This document shows, one piece after another, positions 53,682 through 64,000 of a stretch of 64,000 nt of DNA (position 1 is the stretch's first letter; the number at the start of each line of letters is the position of its first letter). The DNA lies in the NCBI RefSeq assembly GCF_001194135.2, contig NC_069001.1, forward strand, positions 33,969,553-34,033,552, read 5' to 3'. The notes beneath the pieces are model-generated. The model had not been told where the DNA came from and made no database searches. It saw only the letters and a program-made list of their open reading frames with translations. The translations under genes and the position numbers were made by a program. This DNA comes from Octopus bimaculoides. Lineage: Eukaryota.

Positions 53682-54440
53682 CTGTAAACATAAATTTCAC
53701 ACACATATAGACACAATATAACACTTTAACCTTCGCTCCTCACCAAAGATATTCTTAATAAAACATTGCAATAAAATCAACTTTTCTCTTTTAACTTATT
53801 TTCCATGTTTTGAAAATTTGCTATAATTTGATTAATTGTTGATTCAAACCAGCGTTACTTCAAACAGTTATTTTCTACACCAAATCTGTTTAGTCATTTG
53901 TACTGAAATCAATTGTTTTTGATAACTTGGCACCAAATCACAGAATAACACACACATATTGATAGAATGTTTTAAATCCATACCCAATAAAATCCAATTT
54001 AAGTTTTTACAATTTGATATTCTAGAATGTTAGTCTTCAATCATTTGAATTTTGTTTAGACTTTGTAAGACTTTTTCTCTTGCATTTAATGAGAAGGAAA
54101 CTTAAAACATGATTGCATAAAAAAATGATTATTTGCCATGAAAACACCTTATGAATTGAAAACATGTCTGGAGTGGCATTACCTTACTTGGAAACAGGTG
54201 AAGGTTATTGACAGGAAGGGTATCCAGCTATAAAACAATCTAATCCTACAAATTCTGTCTGATCAATGCAAGCATGGAAAAAGTGGATGTTAAAATGATG
54301 ATGATAGCTCTCAGGATAATATTGCATTTTATATTATAGTGTTAATTTCTGTTTTAGATCTCTCAAAGAAATGTAGAGAGTGGTATGGCTTTGTTTCTAT
54401 TTTCAAATTTGTTTCAGAAAAAATTAAAAAGATTCTATGT

Positions 54441-54445
54441 CACAC

Positions 54446-54532
<87 letters not shown>
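54441..54532. repeat. (CA)n microsatellite
   Basis: Direct reading. Confidence 0.95.
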
Positions 54533-54534
<2 letters not shown>

Positions 54535-55706
54535 AATTCAAATAAACGGACAATTCAAATAAATTAATAAAAAAACAGAAACGAAAGAAAAAAACAGAGA
54601 GGATGTGCACAAAAAATGTACTAGCATGATGCTTGGTGAAAGGAGAGAGTTTGACATTTTGAGCATAGCTCTTCATCTGAAAGGAGAAAGGGAAGAAGAC
54701 CAATGATGGAAAAGAAATTGCCAACCGTACATGTGTAGTTACATTGCTGTGACATAGTTTTAGAGTGCATAGTCCTTCACAAGACAGTTTAAGCGAATTG
54801 ATTTATATACTGTCTCCTTCACCAAACCATCTTTCAATCTCAGTTTAAATTCAAATACACTAATCTAAATTCCAATTTAAATTGTTGCAGTTACTATTAT
54901 TTGTTGAATTAATAAATGATGTACTGAATTTAAACCAATTACACCAGGCAAATATATAAACAAGTTTTAGTGAAGCAGAATAGCCTAACATCAGCAAAAC
55001 TTGAATGTTAGTTAAAGCAAATCAGCTAAAACAATGACAAATCTATTCTACGATCAAAGACATCTTTGCCACGATCGTCCTACCCATTTATATATTTTTA
55101 TTGTTTAGTGTATTTGCTTTATAGATTAATCTCTCCTCTTACAGGAATACATTGACTGCGATTGCTTATTTTGTTTACTCTTTTGTAGCCTTGACAGGTG
55201 TGTGTATAGGAATAATTGATAACGTTTTGAATGACTGATGATCTACTGGAGGATAGAAACAACTATATATTAGTAACGTTCAGCTATTTTTTAAACACCT
55301 CATCAATTAATTTGCTAGCCTACTTGGAGTTTTTTTGGTTATTTGTGGTTCATGTTATTCAATAACATAGCACACACACACACACACTCACACACACACA
55401 CACACTTACACTATCTTTCTGTCTATCTATCTATCTATCTATCTACCTACCCACCACCTACCCACCTACCTACCTACCTACCTACCTACCTACCTACCTA
55501 CCTGCCTNNNNNNNNNNNNNNNNNNNNNNNNNNNNNNNNNNNNNNNNNNNNNNNNNNNNNNNNNNNNNNNNNNNNNNNNNNNNNNNNNNNNNNNNNNNNN
55601 NNNNNNNNNNNNNNNNNNNNNNNNNNNNNNNNNNNNNNNNNNNNNNNNNNNNNNNNNNNNNNNNNNNNNNNNNNNNNNNNNNNNNNNNNNNNNNNNNNNN
55701 NNNNNN

Positions 55707-55748
<42 letters not shown>

Positions 55749-55997
55749 TTATCAGAGAGAAAGGGGATACATGCACATACTTAGTAGTATGTATATACAC
55801 ATACATGCACATACACACAAATATACATACATACATACATACATACATACATACATACAAATACACATATAAGGGACAAGTTATTTTAAATCAAGCATTT
55901 TTGCTATCTATTTGATCTGTGCATTACAAGTACATATAACATTAACTCCTTTGCCAATATCAAGTTCTAAACCTCTATGCAATATTTGCATTCAATA

Positions 55998-56225
55998 ATT
56001 CATAGATTTGTATATAATAATAAATAGACTGTATACAATAATAAATAGATCTGGATGCAATAATACATAGATCTGCTTTCAATGGTATATAAATCTGTAT
56101 TCAGTAATTCATAGATCTGTATACAATAATACGTATATCTGCTTACAATAAAATAGATCTGCTTACAGTAATACATAGATCTGCTTACAGTAATACATAG
56201 ATCTGTAAATATCGATATATAAAAC

Positions 56226-56256
<31 letters not shown>

Positions 56257-56345
56257 TACAATATGTATGCCTGTATACAATAATACACAGATTTGTATAC
56301 AATGATATACCTGCATACAATAATATATAGATCTGTCTACAATAC
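55998..56345. repeat. degenerate ~22-bp minisatellite
   Basis: Unit gcttacagtaatacatagatct is exact at 56161-56182 and 56183-56204 and diverged on both sides. Confidence 0.85.
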
Positions 56346-56849
56346 AGAAATGAGGTTTACCATAAATCTTTCTACAATAACAAAGAATTGAAATAACAGG
56401 TATATCTAATCATTTAGTTCTTCAGTGCATTCAACCCATTTTGGTTCTGGTCATGCTCAAACACTGTTACATGTACTGCATTTTTTTGTTTTTTGTTTTG
56501 CTGGTTTAGTTTTTATTTTCATTGTATTACTTTCTATGTTTATTAATATATTTGCTGTTGTATTGGTTTATTGCTAGTGGTTGCTCCCATCCAGTTGTTG
56601 TTATTAGGGATGGGTAGTCAGTGACACGACAGAAGTATATTGCCTCAGAGCACTGGTTCTCAAGCAGGGTCTATAGAACCCTTGAGGGGGTCCATGTAAA
56701 ATTTAAAAAAAAAAAATTTTTTAATTATAATTTTTTTTGTAATGGTACTGTGGTGTATGCGGAAGAAATTTTTAAATGTTGATGATGGCAGCTTTCTCTT
56801 TTCTAATTCATTCCTTAAACTTATTTCAAGGTCCATTCCCATTTGTACA

Positions 56850-57700
56850 ATCTTTAACCAATCTTAATTCTATTGATGAGGTATATAAGAAGCTATTCTA
56901 ACAAGTATATGTAATTTAAATAACACCAAAATCTTGTTATTGAATTTTGATATTCTGAGTAGTCGTATCTATATCAAATTGCATTCTAGTTCTTGTTTAT
57001 GGTGTTTTTGGTGCCATATACTTTGCTCCTTATATCTGATAGCATGATAAATAAAACAAAACTGTGAACAGTCTTGTGGTACTCCATTTACTACAGATTT
57101 CATACAAGTTATTTTTGAAACCATACCACAGAATAGAGGTTATATTGTCTTTAATCATACTGCTTAGTGTGGACCAATAAAGTTCTAAAAGTCCTTGTAG
57201 TTCTATAAATTGATTTCAAAGCATGTGAATTATCTCTTATTAAATCTTTTGCCATAGTTCTATGTTCAAATAAACCAAGTGGGCTGTATCTGTTATGTCT
57301 CTTGTCTGCAGCTATTGGACAGAACATGTTATGATGTTACTTCTTCCAAAGATATTTGGATATCATTAGTCATGTCTTTTTTCACAGCCAGAAACTATTT
57401 TCCATGATAAAATAATATTCTCAAACAATTTGACATTTTTTTGTAGCAAAAATTTATCCTCTTCAATAGACTTGCCTTTGGTGTGCGCTTCTGCTTTATT
57501 TGCAATTAGCTCACACATTCATAGCATGCATGTCTTTTGAAAATAGATTGGTGTTTGCATAAAGATTCTTTTAAAAATGTTATCCTGTCTCGATGCAGAG
57601 AATCTTTTTTCCACTTTTTGTTTTTTTGTACTCCTAATATTTGGTCAAAGACTGACATTCAAAATTGTACTTTTTATGAACTGCAACTTAATCTTTACAA
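56850..57700 (-). mobile_element. decayed LINE RT remnant
   Basis: Minus-strand VVNGVPQD (like SGVPQG) near 57100-57075; many stops. Confidence 0.45.
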
Positions 57701-58534
57701 ATAAGACACACATTTCCTTTCAATTTGATGTGAAAGTAATTATCTGTTCATTTTAAATCAAACAAAGACCTATAGCCAGCAATTCTCTTTCATTGTTAGA
57801 ACTAGCCATTGAACTTAGCAATATTGATTAAAAATCTTTAATAAAAAAATAGACAAACGAAGCACTAAATGTTAATTGACTGCAATAAGGGTGGGAATAT
57901 TATTTGGCCATAAATTCTTATGCATTCCTACCCTTGATTAATGTTACAATAACAATGTTGTTGTTAACAGAAATTTGCTTATGCTTTATGGGTTGGAAAG
58001 CATGTTATATTAAGTTAGTATTTTTTTATTAACCATTAATTTATTTTTTCATTTATTTTATTTCTTATATATTTTTTTATAATCTTCTCTAATTTTCAAT
58101 GAATTACCAGGAAGCAGGAAACAGCGTCTAGTTTGAATGCTGCTGAAATTTTGCTCATAGGGGATGGATTCCCTCTGGTGAGGCTTGGGAAAATTGTGGT
58201 GGGGTGTGAGGCCCAAAATCTTTTTTTTTAACCTTTTTTTTAGTGGGACATGGAATTGTGAAAATCCTTTTTCGCAGCAAGCATACTACACCTTTACTCA
58301 GCCTAGCCAAACTGATCCCTCCAGCCAAGCATACTGTGTGAAAACTGGTTGTTACAGTATAGTGCTATTCTAATACCTTAGTGTGGATATTTCTCTAAGG
58401 AACTTATTATAATTATGAAATATTAAAAATAAACTTATTTTTTCCTAACTGCTGATGGGGCATACATTTTTCTAGATAGTTATAGTGGGGCCTGGGGAAA
58501 ATAGGTTGGGAAAAACTGGTCTAAACACCACCAC

Positions 58535-58790
58535 CACCACCATCATCACCATCACCATTGTCCTTTAATGTTTGTTTTCCTTGCTGGCATGAGTTGGGCA
58601 GTTTGAAAGAAGCTGGCAAGGCCAGGAGGTACACCAGGCTCCATTGTCTGTTTTGGCTTGGTTTCCACAGCTGAATGCCCTTCCTAATATCAACCATTTT
58701 ACAAAGTGTATTGAGTGCTTTTTATGTGGCACCAACACCAGTGCATTTTGTGTGGTACCAGCACCAGTGTTTTATATGACACCATCATCA
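58535..58790 (-). mobile_element. RTE-LINE 3' tail fragment (family C), older
   Basis: (CAC/CAT)n-tgtcctttaatgtttgttttccttgctggcatg...gaatgcccttcctaat. Confidence 0.7.
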
Positions 58791-61121
58791 GTACTTTTTG
58801 GGTGTTAAGGAATGAGCTGTGTGTGCATAATAAATAATAAAATTATCTCTGAATTAATTGCTCAGGGTTCAAGAACAGAATGAAAGTAAACAAACTTCTA
58901 ATTGTACCATTTTCAGAATTAGTAAGAATAATTAGCAATTTAAGCACTTAAATTAGTTTCATTTAGAGCACCTGTTAGCTGACATAAATATATTGTAGAA
59001 TCTTAATCTATTTAAAAATAACCCAACAAAAATAAGTCTCATTTGAGAGAGAGAATATGTTATCTTACTTACTGAGGTTGTCCCATCTCATACAGCTCAT
59101 TCAATTTCTACATATCTTCTCCAGTGGAAAATTCTATTATGAAAGAGAGAGTCCTAAAAAGCTATGCCACTGCTGCAGTTACAATGTTGAAGACACACAC
59201 ACATTAGCCATTCAAAAACACCCCAAAACTGTTAAATTCATTTAAACATTTATCATTTTGTGTCAAAATTTTTTTTCACACTAACTGTGACCTGGTTAAT
59301 ACAGTTGCACTGCGGCTCTTACTGTTAGTTGCATAAATTAGTGGAAAAACAGTTCGTTATAGATAATAAAATGTACTTTTTCACTAAATCTGATTTTGCC
59401 AGATTATTTTAAAGCAAATTAAGTGTTTCAATGTGTTTTGTGCATATGGTGCCAGTAAACAGAATAAAAATTGATAATTACTATCAGTAAACATAAGTTG
59501 TTTGTCTGGGAAATAAATCTGTTGCTTCTAACATTTCTCAATTGCAAGGTGTAATTGGCAGAATCATTAGTCTTGGATGAAGTGTCTGCAGTATTTAATT
59601 ATTGACCTTTATGTTCTAAGTTCAAATCCCACTGTCATCTTTGCTTTTCATCCGACTGTAATTGGTTAAATAAGATACCAGTGAAGTACTTGGATCAGTT
59701 TAATATTCGTTCAATAAAGCATTTTAGATGTAAATGGAATTATAATAGAAGACTCTGACTAGATGCAGTCAGTGTGCAGAAAGCCTGAAGTCTTGATAAC
59801 TCAGTGTAAAAACTTAGCTGCTTAAATAGATTAAACTTGTTTATAAACAGAATTGGACTGAATACATCAACATCAGTTTATCATTTAAAGTATCTTTTGA
59901 AGTTCTTTCATTTCACTGTTCACATAGTAATGGATTAGGTAAGTTTATGAAGACTCTTAGGCAACCATTTAAAATATTGAATAATTAACTCGAACATGGG
60001 AGAACTGGTGTAAGTCCAATTTGTCTTCCAGTTTAAGATAATATAGTTAAGGTTTTACATAGATGTCTTCATCTGCAGTTGTAAGTAGCAAATTAGATAT
60101 GGATGTTTGTAGCATGTAATGCAATGGTGAGGATGAAAGGATTTCAAAAGTATACGATATGGATGGTATCATGTAATAAAATGTTTGTCTGCTTGTAGAT
60201 GATAAACTCAATAAAAGAAAACTGATTGAAAATGAACGCTTGGGTTATCTTGTTTTGGCATGTCTATTTAATGACCTATTCTCTGTCAAATTGTATTTGT
60301 ATTAGTTTGAATAACTTAGCTACTCAATGAGTCTGTCTTTGAATACAAAATAGTGATTTTCTTTATCTTTTAATATAAGGTATCCTTTCAGATTGTTTTT
60401 CCTTGAAAACAGTTAAAATACCTGCAGCTGGTTATACATGTACAATTATCATTATCATTATTGACCACCAGATAAAATGTTTAATAGTATTTAGTTTGCT
60501 TTCTGAGTTCAAATCTCACTGAATTCACTTTGTCTTTCATCTCTTCATGTTTGAGAACTTAATGTACCTAACAAGTCATGGGGTCACTTTGACTGACTTG
60601 ATCTCTTCTTCAAAATTTGAAACAATGTGTCTGTTGCTGGACATCAAAGTCATACAGTGAAGGATGACAATTAATTGAGTGTTAAGCAAAATAGCAAAAC
60701 TCTATAATGTTTCTTTACATTCTACTTCAAATCCTGCCCAAAGTGACTTTGCTTCTCATTCTTATTGATAAAATAAGAACGAGACAGTTTGCTGGAGTGG
60801 ATTGGTTCTAATATGCTTTCCCATAAAATTTATCTTGTTTTCATGTTAGAAAATAAATAATCAGAGGTAGCAAGTGAATACATTATCTCTGTCATTTATT
60901 ACTTCTGACCATTGTGTCTTATTTCAGTTTTCATCAGATCATTCTGGAGCATTTGTTCTTTTGCTCTTTGTAAAGGGGACACTTTTCAGTGGACAAAAGG
61001 TCCATCTGCTGCCAACACCTTTTGCATGGAAAGCTTGATACATATTATAGCTGTTGTTAACACATAAGAAGGGAAAGGAGAGTATTGTAGTTCGCTTGAA
61101 GCATTGTGTATTGTTTGTAAA

Positions 61122-61355
61122 GAATAAAAAGTTTAGAATGGTACAACAATGCACTATAAAACAAAAAAAATGGACTATATACCTGTTGTAATTTGGTTTC
61201 TATAGTCCGATGAGTAGAGACTCCATCTAAGAAGATCTGAAGAAGGAATTGTAATTCCGAAATATCATTGGACTACAGATAACCAAATTACAACAAGTAT
61301 ATAGTCCATTTTTTGTTTTATAGTGCATTGTTGTACCATTCTAAACTTTTTATTC
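61122..61355. repeat. foldback: ~92-bp inverted repeat arms around a 51-nt spacer
   Basis: 61122-61213 versus the reverse complement of 61265-61355: 3 substitutions and 2 small indels. The 13-bp direct repeat ataagaagggaaa lies at 61064-61076 and 61359-61371. Confidence 0.9.
61237..61269 (+). ncRNA. minimal hammerhead-like core in the foldback loop
   Basis: CUGAAGA-A-GGAAU(UGUA)AUUCC-GAAA-UA-UC; palindromic AUAU stem III, AUC triplet; local stem I only 3 bp. Confidence 0.4.
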
Positions 61356-62834
61356 CTTATAAGAAGGGAAATATGAAAATGATAGGCGGAGTATGAAATT
61401 AGGGTTTATGTTTTTAACAAATTTTTAAGAATATTTCAAACTTAACTTGAGGTTGTTGAACAAATTTTCATTTTGTACAGCTAATAGCAAAATAAATTTT
61501 GTTTTTAAATTTTCATTTTTCTTATTACCTTGTTAGTGTCATGCTATTTGCTTTTTCTTTTTCTTTTCATCATTATCAACCAAAGCATCCTAATATATCA
61601 CATATCAGATCACATTATGAATTAACGTTACAACTTAACTTTCTCAAAGCACGAATTGATTTATAGACTGACAAACTGCAGAAAGCAATCTGGAATCCCA
61701 TAATAACCATCTCAAATAAATAAATAAATAGATAAATAAACAGCATTAAAAATTTTTTTTTTTTCCTGTACACAGAATAAATTTCTTTTGAGCTTTTATC
61801 TTTAAAACTTCAACTTCTCTGTTTATTGCTTTTTAAAACCAAAACTTATTTACATTGTCAATTATAATGTTGATTACTGCCATAAATCTGATTTAAATAT
61901 GTTAAATAAAGTTATTTGGGATAATCTTTCGGTTTGTGTTTTGAAATATTTTTGTCGAATTAGGTAGTTGGGATTTACATGAATTTAATGTGGGGAAAGC
62001 TTTTCAACATGAAATGAATGAGTTACTATTAAGAGATTTCAGCATTTCTTCAACCTGAACCTGTCAGTTATTTTGTTTTGACAATTTTTAAATCTCTTGT
62101 TTCCCTAATCATATTTAGAAAATCCCCTTCTAATCCCTGTATCAAAAGAGATCAATTTATTACCAGTTGTATTTATGTTAATCTGTATACTGGTGAGAAT
62201 TGGTTCCAGCACCACTTGAATAATATATTTCATTGCATCCTAAACTTAAAAAGAAGAAAGCAATAGTTTTGAAAATATAGTAGCTCCCCTCCCCCCACCC
62301 CACCCCCAGAATAAATGCTCATAAACAAGCATTGAAGAGGATATCTTTCTAGATGGTTACACCTAAATCTACGGAAGCTGTGCTTTCTTTACATTGATTT
62401 TTCTTTTCAAATTATAAATAATTTTTGTTTTTAGGTTTTCCTGCTAGAATTGATATCTGTCTATGTCTGCCTGTCTGTCTGTCTATCTATCTATCTGTCT
62501 GCTTGTCTGTCCAGTTAACCATCCATCCATCCATCCATCCATCCATCTATCTACCTATCTATCTATCTATCCATCCAGGAGAGTAAGTACTCAGTACCTG
62601 TAACAGAGTATATTAAATTTATTCATCTGAGCATGATGATTCTTTAATTGCTTCTTAAAGTTTCCTTCCAATTACAATACTTCAGATGGCAAAAAGTTAA
62701 TAAATAAACTCTACAACATGTTGCACTTATTTATTAATCTTACACGGCTACTATCCTACACTAATGCATATATCTTGCTCAGATGGGGTTCCTTCACACA
62801 ATGAACTCACAATTGAAAAGGGAGCAATATTTAT

Positions 62835-63060
62835 TCACTGGCAGAATTGTTAGCACACCGGGTGAAATGCTTAGCAGTATTTCATCTGCTGTTACGTTCT
62901 GAGTTCAAATCCCGCCGAGGTTGGCTTTACCTTTCATCCTTTCAAAGTGGATTAAATAAGTAGCAGTTACGCACTGGGGTCGATGTAATCAACTTAATAC
63001 CTTTGTCTGTCTTTGTTTGTCCCCTCTATGTTTAGCCCCCTGTGGGCAATAAAGAAATAA
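62835..63060 (+). mobile_element. SINE family D, near full length
   Basis: tggcagaattgttagcacaccggg head, gagttcaaatcccgcc B box, cctttcatcctttc...aaataagtagcag core. Confidence 0.85.
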
Positions 63061-63236
63061 ATATTTATTCACTTATTTTACAAAGAACTTTCTGATACCA
63101 TCGAAGAAATTCTGTAACAAACAGTTATCTTTTGTTGCCTGAGATATTGCATCTAACAAGAAACTCTCTGTGATCAGCTGCAAATTAATACATACATATA
63201 TATATAAATACACGAGTGTACGTATGAATGTAGGAG

Positions 63237-63275
<39 letters not shown>

Positions 63276-63311
63276 ACACACTCTTTCTTTTGCACATACA
63301 TGACCTCCAAG

Positions 63312-63362
63312 AGCAATTTTGGAATGCAAAGCAAGACCATATTCAGATGTTGGGTGGTTAAG
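63312..63362 (+). CDS. candidate 51-nt symmetric exon (SNFGMQSKTIFRCWVVK or AILECKARPYSDVGWL)
   Basis: ...gacctccaag| ... AAG|gtgagt; two frames are open. Confidence 0.2.
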
Positions 63363-64000
63363 GTGAGTAAGGTGAGAGATTGTCTGAAAATTGATATTTT
63401 TCCAGGTTGTAGTTTCCATTTCTTTGTAGAAAGAATATAGTTACGATAAAGTGTGAACAAAGCTGACAGTTTTTAATGTATGATTATGAAAGCATAATTG
63501 AACATGATGGCTAATCTCTGGCTATCGGAATATGACCACTGGTAAACTTTCATAAATGCTTTATTTCCAGTGCAACAGAATGACCAGATAAGAATATACT
63601 TTATATACAAAACAATGATAAGCCTTATCTGCTAATGAAATGAGCTTTTCTGGTATTTTTTATCTGCCAAATTTCTAATAACATTATCATAATCAATTTC
63701 TCTTGATTCAATATTCAGTCTTGCTAAATTCTCAAGTTGACTTCATGACATGATAGAACTAGAAATAAAAACAAAGAACAATTATATTTCAATATTGTAG
63801 ACAATATTCTCAAACTAGCACAAAAACATAGAAATAACTTACAGAAAGTTGATAACCATTGGATAAATTTTATGATTCTAAAGGGCTTATGTCTGGTTTT
63901 TCCAAAATTTGGCTTTTGTATTGACAGTAAACATTGCTTTTTTGTTTCAAAATCATCATCAATTAAAGTCAATGGGATTTTAGTGTGCTCACCTTTTAAT

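Noticed and set aside
55235-55260. CTGATGA...GAAAC hammerhead-like string
   Set aside because: No stem II closing pair and no stem I or III.

Overview
AT-rich, microsatellite- and transposon-dense animal genomic DNA with several N gaps. The repeat families (tRNA-headed SINEs with (TA)n/(GT)n interiors, RTE-type LINE tails ending in (GAT)n, MITEs) look like octopus / coleoid cephalopod; this is inferred from repeat sequences I recognise, not from a database search. No protein-coding gene could be identified with confidence. Almost every ORF in the track is a microsatellite translation, spans an N gap, or is a decayed LINE fragment. The window reads as intronic or intergenic DNA with scattered short exon candidates on both strands. 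The clearest coding signal is a frame-intact fragment of a young RTE-clade LINE (44432-44666, minus). The most interesting signals are: two minimal hammerhead-ribozyme-like motifs (25330-25366, an A6U core variant; 61237-61269, in the loop of a ~92-bp foldback), a 51-bp hairpin whose mismatches become G-U pairs on the minus strand (46803-46922), a double RFX X-box beside a strong splice donor (26095-26156), a run of phase-compatible short exons (687-4488), and an alpha-conotoxin-like CC-x4-C-x3-C reading frame behind a splice acceptor (48846-48922) that may be chance.
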